Assembly (NCBI GenBank): GCA_963663035.1
Contig: OY760074.1
Span: 1,984,001 to 2,048,000 of the forward strand
Direction of reading: 5' to 3'
Length of the DNA stretch: 64,000 nt
Source of the DNA: Acidobacteriota bacterium
GTDB taxonomy: Bacteria; Acidobacteriota; UBA6911; RPQK01; JADFOI01
Below the pieces are notes generated by a model that saw nothing but the letters and a program-made list of their open reading frames with translations, was not told where the DNA came from and searched no databases. Shown in pieces: positions 11,115 to 21,400 of the stretch (within the stretch, counting starts at the first letter, position 1; every line of letters starts with the position of its first letter). Both the position numbers and the translations under genes were made by a program.

Positions 11115-12038
11115 ATGATGTCCACAAATCAGCTCTTAAGCGATTGTCACTGTCATTTTTTCTCGCCTGCCTTCTTCCAGGCGCTGGCCCAGGAGAAGGG
11201 AGTCGAGGCCGCTCAGGATCCCGTAGCAGAGATTACCCAGCTACTCGGTTGGGAGGCTCCGGTTTCGTCCCAGGAGCTGGCTAAACGTTGGGTCCAGGCA
11301 CTGGACCAAAGTGAAGTCGACCGGGCGGCTCTCATTGCCAGCGTTCCAGGTGACGAAGAATCAGTGGCGGTCGCCATAGCCCAACATCCTGATCGGTTTG
11401 TGGGGTTCTTTATGGTGGATCCATCCCGTGAGGGGACGGAGGAGAGAATCCGGAGGGCCGTCAGCGAACTCGGCCTGCGCTGCATCTGCCTGTTTCCCGC
11501 CATGCATCAGTTTCATCTCTATGAAGAGAAGGCCATCAAGGTTTTTGAAACAGCGGCTTCCTTGAAGGAAGCTGTGGTCTTTGTCCACTGCGGCCTGCTG
11601 TCTGTTGGTGTGCGAACGAAATTGGGTTTGCCCAGCCGGTTTGCCATGCGATTTTCCAACCCGCTGGACTTACATTCCGTTGCCCTGAGTTATCCCGAGG
11701 TGCCTATGATCATCCCCCATTTCGGTGCCGGACTCTTCAGAGAGGCGCTCATGGTAGCTGATCTCTGTCCCAACATTTACCTGGATACATCCAGTTCCAA
11801 CAGCTGGATCAAGTTCCATCCCTCTCTGACTCTGGAAGAGGTGTTCGGTCAAGCACTCCAGGTCGTGGGAGCAGATCGACTTCTGTTTGGTACAGACTCT
11901 TCCTTCTTTCCCCGCGGCTGGCAGCGCAGCGTCTGGGAAACTCAGGTTGCTGTTTTGGAGAGTCTCGGCGTGGATGAACTGACCAAGGAAAAGTTTTTCA
12001 GCGGCAACTTCAACCGGCTGTTCCCCCAGCCGTTATGA
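11115..12038 (+). CDS. Amidohydrolase_2-family TIM-barrel metal-dependent hydrolase
   Basis: DCHCH, VHCG, IPHFG, YLDTS, LLFGTDS. Start moved to ATG 11115/11118 because the longer ORF begins inside the MITE. Confidence 0.85.
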   Translation: MMSTNQLLSDCHCHFFSPAFFQALAQEKGVEAAQDPVAEITQLLGWEAPVSSQELAKRWVQALDQSEVDRAALIASVPGDEESVAVAIAQHPDRFVGFFMVDPSREGTEERIRRAVSELGLRCICLFPAMHQFHLYEEKAIKVFETAASLKEAVVFVHCGLLSVGVRTKLGLPSRFAMRFSNPLDLHSVALSYPEVPMIIPHFGAGLFREALMVADLCPNIYLDTSSSNSWIKFHPSLTLEEVFGQALQVVGADRLLFGTDSSFFPRGWQRSVWETQVAVLESLGVDELTKEKFFSGNFNRLFPQPL

Positions 12039-12053
12039 GATTTAAATGACGGC

Positions 12054-12794
12054 TCAAGATTCGTCAGCTTGCTTTGCCGTTTTACAGTCGAACATGTCAC
12101 ATATCAAGTACATTTCAGCCCAATCTGGATACACAATGTTTTTCCCGTGATAGGGCGAGTCATCAAGGGTGAGATCAGTACTACGGACTCCATCCTTTTC
12201 GAAAAAATGCATCTGACTTGAAAGGGTGTATCGATTTCCACTGGAATCTATCACGTTAACAGGCGCATATCCCATCGACCTTTCCCGAGCAACCATTGTC
12301 GCCGCACGAACATTGGCAGGCAATGCGTCGTCTGATGGCGATATCCCATGGCTATCATCCAAAATCGTGACACTTTGATCGATCGGAAACTTTCCAAAAC
12401 AGTCACCTGTAGTGGCAATGAGGAGTGCCTTTTGCACCCGCAGGCCATTTGGCAGCCTAATTTTACACGGGAAATATACATCCTTTCCGTAGTGGTCCGG
12501 TGCACCTATAATTTGATTTAGAATTTCCATTTGACTGATCGTCGGGATCCACGACTGCGATTTCCATTGTGCGTATAATTCATGTCTGGCAACCTTGTTG
12601 ATAAACTGCGCGTTATCCGCAAGAACCCACAGGGTTTCACATGTATCACATTGATATTCGATGACTGTCTTGATCTTTGAAATCGCGTTGATATTCTTAG
12701 AGTGACCAATCAAAGATTTATGAATGCCGTCCACCTCACACGAGCGGCATCTGTTCCGCCATTTGCTATATCTGTCGAGTATCTTCGAGATCAT
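12054..12794 (-). CDS. Hypothetical protein with two CxxC motifs; visibly more AT-rich than its neighbours
   Basis: 246-aa ORF with CRSC and CDTC; no family recognised. Confidence 0.65.
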   Translation of the reverse strand: MISKILDRYSKWRNRCRSCEVDGIHKSLIGHSKNINAISKIKTVIEYQCDTCETLWVLADNAQFINKVARHELYAQWKSQSWIPTISQMEILNQIIGAPDHYGKDVYFPCKIRLPNGLRVQKALLIATTGDCFGKFPIDQSVTILDDSHGISPSDDALPANVRAATMVARERSMGYAPVNVIDSSGNRYTLSSQMHFFEKDGVRSTDLTLDDSPYHGKNIVYPDWAEMYLICDMFDCKTAKQADES

Positions 12795-12944
12795 GTGTCG
12801 CCTAATTACTGATTATCTGGTTTCCAGATAAGTCCGATATGGGTTGACACCAACGCCGGCTGTGCTCTAAATTTTTCTAGACATCGGTTAACTTCTCTCC
12901 CTTAGGATGTCCGCAACACAGGCGGCTTGGAAAGGAACGATCAC

Positions 12945-13307
12945 ATGGCAAAGGTACGATATTTCGTGGACGACGTGGACGTCGCTGTCAGCTTCTACGT
13001 CCAACATCTAGGCTTTGAATTGAATTTTAATGCGGGGCCTTTTGCGATGATAGCGAAAGACGACCTCACCCTGTGGATCAGCGGCCCGAAGACCTCGGCA
13101 GCCAAGCCCATGCTCGACGGTCGTGTGCCGAAACCCGGAGGATGGAATCGATTCGTTTTCGAGGTTGACGACATTGAGACCGTGGTTGCATCAATGAGGC
13201 AGGCAGGCATCAAGTTCCGCAACGAAATCATCAGCGGCGTTGGCGGGAAGCAGATCATCGCCGAGGACCCGTCTGGCAACCCGATTGAAGTGTTCCAGCC
13301 GGCGTGA
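12945..13307 (+). CDS. VOC/glyoxalase family protein
   Basis: VRYFVDDVD, FYxxxLGF, GGWNRF, EDPSGNPIEVF; AAGGA upstream of ATG 12945. Confidence 0.9.
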   Translation: MAKVRYFVDDVDVAVSFYVQHLGFELNFNAGPFAMIAKDDLTLWISGPKTSAAKPMLDGRVPKPGGWNRFVFEVDDIETVVASMRQAGIKFRNEIISGVGGKQIIAEDPSGNPIEVFQPA

Positions 13308-13328
13308 CTTTAGAATCTGAGTCTTGTA

Positions 13329-14264
13329 TTAGCTCTCGGCCCGCTTGATAGACTCTCGAACCTCCTCGAAAGTTAGGACCCGGACTCTGGTAGGGACGGA
13401 TTTTCCGCGCACAGTCACGACTTCCTCCCGCCCCTGCAAGATCTCCCCGGGTAGGTGGCAGAAGGAGCCTTCACTGATGACCACGTCACAGTTCCACTCC
13501 TTGGTTGTACTCTCCAACCGGAAAGCCAGATTTACAGCGTCGCCCAGGGCAGTGTTGTCTGCCCCCACTCCCAGGGCAGCCTCGCCTGAATTAATACCGA
13601 CTCCCACCCGTAGTTCCGTTGTCTCCGGCAGGTACTTCTTTCCCAGATTTCGGGTTAGCTCCTGAATTTCACAGGAGGTTCGCAGGCTTTCCAGGACATG
13701 CTCGCCGGGATCTCCCTCGTTGTCCCACACGGCCATTACGGCGTCGCCGATGAATTTATCTACTCTTCCATTCCTCTTTTCCACAGCCTTCTCTACCACC
13801 TCAATCCATTGGGACATCACCTCGGTCAGATTCTCGATCGAGATCGACTCCGCCAGTTTGGTAAAGCCACGAATATCGGCCACCAGAATGGTCGTGAGCA
13901 CCACCCTCGAAACCACGTGCAGGGTGGTCGCTTCTACTGTGAGCCCCTCATCCGGCAGAACCTTCTCGGAAATCTCCTTCTGGTGGAAAATGAAGGATGT
14001 GCTCCCAATGGCGATCACATCACCGGACTGCAGAAGCTTGGGAGTGGAGATCCGCCGATCATTGAGGAAGCTGCCATTTCGACTACCTAGATCAATCAAG
14101 TAATACTGTTCACGGCCCACCATACGAATCAGGGCATGACTGAGCGACACCGTCGTGTCGTCCAGCGGAACAGTGTTGGCTGCATCCCTCCCGATAGCCA
14201 CCACCGACCCGCAAGGGTACTTCAGGTTTTTCTCCCCTTGAAAAATCTCTATGTGAGCTGGCAT
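13329..14264 (-). CDS. FHA-domain class III adenylate/guanylate cyclase
   Basis: FHA motifs IGRD, VSLSHA, DLGSRNGS; cyclase motifs ADIRGFT, DKFIGDAVM, GDAVNLAFRLE. Confidence 0.92.
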   Translation of the reverse strand: MPAHIEIFQGEKNLKYPCGSVVAIGRDAANTVPLDDTTVSLSHALIRMVGREQYYLIDLGSRNGSFLNDRRISTPKLLQSGDVIAIGSTSFIFHQKEISEKVLPDEGLTVEATTLHVVSRVVLTTILVADIRGFTKLAESISIENLTEVMSQWIEVVEKAVEKRNGRVDKFIGDAVMAVWDNEGDPGEHVLESLRTSCEIQELTRNLGKKYLPETTELRVGVGINSGEAALGVGADNTALGDAVNLAFRLESTTKEWNCDVVISEGSFCHLPGEILQGREEVVTVRGKSVPTRVRVLTFEEVRESIKRAES

Positions 14265-14559
14265 TTGTTTAATTGATTGTAGTTTTCGACTCTATAAACG
14301 GCAAGGAAATTCAGCATGAGACCGAGGAGGCACCTTCCTGAGCCTTCTGGAGAAGTTTTCTTTTGATCTCATCTGTTCTAGAATAGTGAAGAGATCGCGA
14401 GCACTAGAATCAAATACTGGGATTTTCCTGTCCCCGTTCCGAACGAGTTGCGAGCTGCTTTTCGGAAGATCACGGATCTCCGAGGTTTTTAACAAGTTCG
14501 TGTCGAAGTCATTGGCCCTATTCAGACCAGCCCAACCCAACAAAAGATTAGAATGAGAG

Positions 14560-15351
14560 GTGCTTCAATTGATGGAATGGGCCGTGCTTTCGGACATCGG
14601 AACAACCCGGCAGACGAACGAGGATTCCTACCTGGCAGATCCGGAAAAACAGCTCTATATCGTGGCAGATGGGATGGGCGGGCAGGCGGCCGGAGCGGTT
14701 GCTTCGAAGCTGGCTGTCTCCGTAATCTCCGACTTCATCGAGAGCGCAGAAAAGCCTAGTGAGCTCACTTGGCCCTTTGGTTTCAACGATTCCCTTCCCC
14801 ACCAACACAACGTCTTGAAAACCGCGATTTTACTCGCCAATTCAAGAGTGCTGCAAAAAGCTGAACAGATGGAGAAGGACCTCAAGATAGGGACAACCCT
14901 GATCGCCGTGTGGGTCCAGCAGCGGACGGCGCATTACAGTCACGCTGGTGATTCCCGTCTCTACCTGTTGAGAAAAGGGGAACTCACTCAACTGACGGAA
15001 GATCACACTTTGGTACAGGAGCAGTTGAACAGAGGCATCATTACGCAAGAGGAAATGGAAGATCATACTTTACGGCACGTGATCACGAGATCCATAGGAG
15101 GCAGAGAGAATGTGGAAGTTGAAGTGGAAGAACTCCCTCTTGCAGTTGGGGACCAACTTCTCCTCTGTTCAGATGGTCTAAGCTCCTCTTTAGGAAATGA
15201 AGATATCTCTCGGATTCTTCAAGCTGAAGCGGACCTGGAAATAGCTTGTGAACAACTCATTCGGTCGGCCCTGGAGGCCGGGAGTCGAGACAACATCACA
15301 GCCGTTCTCTTGAGGTTGATGCCGATTGAAAAAGTCGTACGAAGGGTGTAG
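14560..15351 (+). CDS. PP2C (Stp1/PrpC-type) Ser/Thr phosphatase
   Basis: RxxNED, VADGMGG, GTT, GDSRLY, EDH, LCSDGL, DNITA. Confidence 0.95.
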   Translation: MLQLMEWAVLSDIGTTRQTNEDSYLADPEKQLYIVADGMGGQAAGAVASKLAVSVISDFIESAEKPSELTWPFGFNDSLPHQHNVLKTAILLANSRVLQKAEQMEKDLKIGTTLIAVWVQQRTAHYSHAGDSRLYLLRKGELTQLTEDHTLVQEQLNRGIITQEEMEDHTLRHVITRSIGGRENVEVEVEELPLAVGDQLLLCSDGLSSSLGNEDISRILQAEADLEIACEQLIRSALEAGSRDNITAVLLRLMPIEKVVRRV

Positions 15352-15405
15352 AGACCACAATGGGCTAACATTTTCAGTAATCAAGTCTGAGTAGAGATAC
15401 CCAAT

Positions 15406-18400
15406 ATGTCAGAAGAGTTGTTCTTCGATAGATACGTCCTAAAGAAACCACCAATGGGTGAGGGTGGAATGGGTGCGGTCTACGAGGCTTACGACCAGAA
15501 GCTCGGTTGTCGTGTTGCCATCAAGATGATGAGCTCCGAGGTAGCGGCCAACAACGAGTTTCGCAGGCGATTCTATTGGGAAGCCTCTTCGGCTGCCAAA
15601 TTTCGAGACTGCGCAAACATTGTAACGATATTCGACTACGATGTGGCTGAGGGAGATCAACCTTTCATCTCGATGGAGTTTCTGGAAGGTCAGGACCTGA
15701 AAGCCAAGCTGAAGGAGTCCTCACCGCTCGAACTACCTCTTTACGAATGTCAGGCTTTCAGCTTCAAGGAAAAACTGGAAATCATCGTTCAAGTCTGCCG
15801 TGGACTTGCCCGAGCTCACAGCGGCGAAGTGTTTCATCGAGATATCAAGCCAGGGAATATCTTCATCACCCGTGAAGGACCCGTCAAGATCCTGGATTTT
15901 GGCGTTGCTCGGATCATGGACTCCACTTTAACCCAAGAAAATGTGACTTTGGGAACCCTTCCCTGGATGTCACCCGAACAGATAAGGGGTCGCCCTGTTG
16001 ACGGACGAAGTGATGTCTGGAGCACCGGGGTTGTCCTTTACGAAGTCCTCTGTCACCGCCGGCCTTTTCTCGGAGACCAGATCGCACTGGTTCGTCAAAT
16101 CTCCTCCGAAGCCTATCCCCCACTCACCAGGTACCTGCCCGCTTGCGCCAAAGAACTGGAGGAGTTGGTGGGTCGCGCCCTGGCGAAAGACCCGGCACAG
16201 CGTTTTGCAACTGCTAACGACATGGCCAACTCTTTGGAGGAATTCAGTCGACTGCTGGACTCTAAGGAGCAGGAACTCTTCTCAGAAGTCGAGAACCTCC
16301 AAGAACTTCTCCGGAAGTGGCGTTCTGAGGCGGGCGAGTTGCAGGTCCCAGCTATTTTAGAGGGTTCCGTCTTCACCAGAGAGGCAGACCCAGACCAAAC
16401 AACGCCGCTATGGAAAGTGGACTACGGGACTCTTTTGGAGCGCCACAATGAACTCTTCGGATGGTGGCAGCTCTTCAATGACCATCCCGATAGAGTGACT
16501 CCAGTATTTGAACTTCTGTCCAAGAGTACAGAAGAGTTCGAGACAGCAGATATCTTGTCTTGCTTGGAAACCCTCAAGCAAATCAAGAGTTTAGATAGCC
16601 GTATTGCCCACGTGGAGATGCTCGAAGTCGAATGTGGTTGGATCTTGGGTCAACCTCGCCAACGCCGTAAAGAGCTGATTGATGCGAAAGTTGGTCGCTG
16701 GCGTGAAGAGCAGCAGAAACTTGAGATTTACCTGAAAACGAGGGCAATGCTGGAGGAAGCAGAATCTTACCTCGAAGAGAAAGATTATCAGGCAGGGCTG
16801 GAGGCCGTTGAGAAACTGCTCACACTCTCTCCAAAGCACCCACAGGGACTGAAGATAAGAAGCTCAGCCGAACGGGCTATCGAGCGTCTCGGAGAAGTGG
16901 AGGAGGTGCTCAGCCGGGCAAAAGCTGCATTTGAGGCGGGCGATTACCAGACCTGTGTGGAAGCCACCGATCAAGGGTTGAGGCTGGATCCCGAACACGA
17001 TGAGCTCAAGAAACTCAATCAACTAGCCAAGGACGCGCTGGAGAGAAGTCGTCAGGTCAAGGATCTGTTCCAGCAAGCTGAACAGGCCCTGGATGCAGAA
17101 AATTACCCTTTGGTTCTCCAGTTGGCAGGAGAGGTTCTGTCCCTTGAACCTGATCACGAGGAGGCGCTACGGATCCAGAACCAGGCCAAAGGGGCCCAAG
17201 AGCGACGGCAACGAATCGAAGAACTCATGGCCTCCGCTCGAGCTGCCGTTCAGGCTCAAGACCCTGAATCCTGTCTAAAGGCCACAACGGAAGCACTCGA
17301 GCTGGACCCCAAAAATGGGGCATTACTGGCTCTTCAGCAGCAGGCTCAGGAGATTCTGGACCTGCGTGGGAAAGTTGAGAATTTACTCACGCAGGCTAAA
17401 CAAACCTTACAGGCCGAAGACTTCAAAGGGGCACTTCAGTTAGCCGACGAAGTGCTGAACGTGCGGGCTGAGGACGAGGAAGCCCTCAGTGTTCAGAAAG
17501 AGGCAAGAGAAGCGCTCGAACGCCAAGAGAGGATCGCCGAGCTGCTGACCTTTGGGCTCGCCGCCCTTGAAGCAGGCGAGTTTCAGACCTCTCTACGGCT
17601 GGCTCAACAGGGGCTCAAGCTAGATCTGGAGAACAGCGGACTAGAAGAGCTCCGGTCTCGCTCCCAAGAAGCCCTGGACAGCATTCAGAAGACTAAAGAG
17701 CTCTTGGCACAGGCCCATAAACTCCTTGAAGAAAACAACGAAACAGGGGTTCTCCAGGTCGTTCAGGAAGTCTTGGCCCTGGATTCGCAGAACACGTTGG
17801 CCTTACAGCTGAAGCAGGAAATTGCAGTTCGATCCGAAAACAGGGAACGGGAGCAGAAAGTCCTGGTCCTGCTTGCTGCTGCCCAGGAAGCTCACCAGGC
17901 TGGGAATTTCGAGAGCTGTCTCAGGTCTACCCGAAAAGCTCTCGCCCTGGCCCCCGACCATCCCGAAGTCAGAGAGCTGGATCGCTTGGCGATCGAGGCA
18001 CTGGAGAGAAATCGCAGGGTTGAAGCTCTTCTCAAGAAAGCCCAAAGAGCGCTCCAGGCAAAGGACTATCCTTCGGCTGCAGAAACTGCCCAGCAGGCTC
18101 TGGACCTGCAGCCTCAGGATCAATATGCCCTGCAGATTTGCCGAGAGGCAGCCGAAGCTCTTGAACGCCAGGAAAGAATATCCGAGCTGTTGCAAGAGGC
18201 ACAGGCATATTTCAGCAGTCAAGACTACGAGAGCTGTCTCAAGGCCTCTCAAGAAGGTCTGCAATTAGACCCACGGCACACAGAACTTGGCAAGCTGCGA
18301 AAAAAAACACAGGAAATACTCGATGAGATTGGCAAAATTGAACAGCTTCTGGGAGAGGCGCGCGAGGCTCTAAAGGATGACGACTACCCGGTCGCTCGAA

Positions 18401-21400
18401 AACGGGCGCGGGGCATTCTGGAACTGGAAAGTGACCACCCCGAAGCTCTCAAGATCGACGAAACAGCCACGCACGCGGTTAGGCGCCTGGTAGAGCTCAA
18501 CCAGATATTGGCTTCGGCGCAGCAGTCATTTGAGAAGAAACAATACCAGAATTGTCTGGAAGAGGTTCAAGAAGGGTTGAGGGTCGAACCCCAAAACGAG
18601 GGACTTTTACGACTTCAAGAGCAGGCTCAGGAGGCTCTGGAGAAGCTCCAAAAAATTGATGCATTGTTTGAGCAAGCACAAGAGTTGCTCGAGCAAAAAG
18701 AGGACGATCCCGTACTGGAAAAGGTCAGGGAGATCCTCTCGCTGGATCCGGAGAATGCCCAGGCAGTAAAGCTGAAGCAGGAACTTGCAGTTCGATCAGA
18801 AAACAGAGAACGGGAGCAGAAAGTCCTGGTCCTCCTTGCTGCTGCCCAGGAAGCTCACCAGGCTGGGAATTTCGAGAGCTGTCTCAGGTCGACCCGAAAG
18901 GCTCTCGCCCTGGCCCCAGACCATCCCGAAGTCAGAGAGTTGGATCGGCTGGCGATCGAGTCACTTGAGAGAAATCGCCGGGTTGAAGCTCTTCTCAAGA
19001 AAGCCCAAAGAGCGCTCAAGGAAAAAGATTATCCTTCGGCTACAGAAACTGCCCAGAAGGTTCTGGACCTGCAGCCTCAGGATCAATATGCCCTGCAGAT
19101 TTGCCGAGAAGCAGCCGAAGCTCTGGAACGCCAAAAAAGAATATCCGAGCTGTTGCAAGAGGCACAGGAATATTACGGCAGCCAGGACTACGAGAACTGT
19201 CTCAAGGCCTCTCAAGAAGGCCTGCAAATAGACCCACGGCACGCAGAACTCCGCAAGCTGCGGAAACAAGCTCAGGAGATACTCGAGAAAAGTCTCAAAA
19301 TTGAACAGCTTCTTGCAGAGGCGCGCGAGGCTCTAAAGGACGACGACTACTCTGTCGCTCAAAAACGGGCCCGGGGCATTCTGAAGCTGGAAAGTGACCA
19401 CCCCGAAGCTCTCAAGATCGACGAAACAGCCGCGCAAGGGGCCAGACGCCAGCAACAGCTGAACAAGATATTAGCTTCGGCGCAGCAGTCCTTAAAGAAA
19501 GGAGAATTCCAGAATTGTCTGGAAGGGGTTCAAGAAGGATTGAAAGTCGAACCCCAAAACGAGGGACTTTTACGACTTCAGGAGCAGGCTCAAGAGGCTC
19601 TGGAGAGGCTCCAGAAAATTGATGAATTGTTTGAGCAGGCACAAAGGTTGCTCAAGCAAAAACAGGACGATCCTGCAATGGAGAAAGTCCGCGAGATCCT
19701 CTCGCTGGATCCGGAAAATGTGCAGGCAATACAGCTTCGCAAGAAGGCTGTAGCTCGGTTAGAAGCCCGCGAAAAAGAGGAGAGAGTCTCGGATCTGCTA
19801 GCTCAGGCAGAGGAAGCTTACCAGCAAGGTGAGTTCAAGACTTGTCTGCAGGCAACTGCAGAAGCTTTAGTTCTGGCGCCCGCCCATCCAGAAACAAAGA
19901 CACTAGACCAAAAAGCCAGAGAGGCATATGAGAAGGAGCAGCAGGTGGAGGACCTTCTCGCTCGAGTCCACCGGTTCAGGACTGCTGAGAACTACCGGGC
20001 GGCGCTGGAAGCCACCGAGCAGGCCTTGGCCTTGCAACCTGACCTAGGGGAACTCCAAGAGATCAGGGATAGCATCACTAAGGCTCTGAGCCATCAGGAG
20101 ACAGTCAAAAAGCTGCGAACGAAGGCACGAGATCTCTACGAATCGGGGGACTATCACGGCTGTCTGAAGGCCTGCGACGAAGGACTGAAGTTAGAACCTG
20201 AAGAACGTGACCTGCTCCGCTTGAATCAGCTTGCTGCCGAAGCCATCAAACAAGAAAAGAGACTTGAAGACCTACTCGAGCAGAGCCGTCAGGCCCTGGA
20301 TCAAGGAGATTTCAGCCGCGCCCTGGGATTCTCCGAACAGGCTCTGACGATTGATCCAAATCATGGGGAAGCCCTGCAAATGCAAAAGGGGGCCAAGCAG
20401 GAAGCCGAGCGCAGGCAAAAGCTCGACAGCTTCCTCTTTTCCGCCAGACGGTTGTTTGAGGCAAAGGAGTACTCCAAATGTGTGCAGGCAGTGGAAAGCG
20501 GCTTGAAGCTGGACCGGGAGAACTCGGAACTGTCGGAACTTCTGGAACGTGCGCAGCAGTCTCTTGACAAGCAACTGCGCATAGGAGAACTGCTTTCCCA
20601 GGCACGAGAACTGTTCAAAGGAGCCAAGGATCGGGAGGTAGTCGTTACTGCGAAGGAACTTCTTGCTCTGGATCCAAAACATTCAGAGGGCCTTCAGCTG
20701 CTTGAGAAAGCGCAGGCTCGAATCAGAGCCAGAGAGCGCAGGGAGAGGGTAGATCAGCTTCTTGAAAAGGTCCGGAGGTCGTACCAGGCGAGCGAATACC
20801 AGAAGTGCTTAGAAGCCAGTAAAGAGGCACTGGCACTGGAGCCGGACTCTCCCGAGGTTACAGAATTTCAAGTCAAAGCCCAGGAAAAGCTGGAACAATC
20901 GGAGAGACAGGGGCGCTTACTGGAGGCGGCCGGAAAGAAACTGGAAGCAAAGGACTTCGGGGGTGCCATTGATCAAGCCCAGGCGGTCCTGCTTCTCAAT
21001 CCCGGCCAACCGGATGCCCTCAAGATTCAACAAAAAGCAGAGGAGGGATTGGAGCGGCAGAGACGGGGTGATGAATACCTGACGTCTGCCGAGGCGGCTT
21101 TTGAAGCGGAAAACTACAAGGCCTGTCTGGAGGCGGCCGCTCAGGGGCTCGAGGTACAACCGGAACAGGTTCGCTTCAAGCAGTTACAAAGACTGGCCGG
21201 GCGGGCCCTGCAAAAACGAGAGAAAACCATGAGTAGCCTTCTGGATAAGGCGAGAAGGCAGCTGAAGCTCGAGAACTTTCGCAAGGCTCTGACGCTGACA
21301 CAGGATATTCTGGCTTTAGATCCCGACCATAGAGAGGCCATTGAAATCCAGGAAACGGCGAAGGATGGCATTGAGCGTCTCGGACCCGATGCGGAACCTG

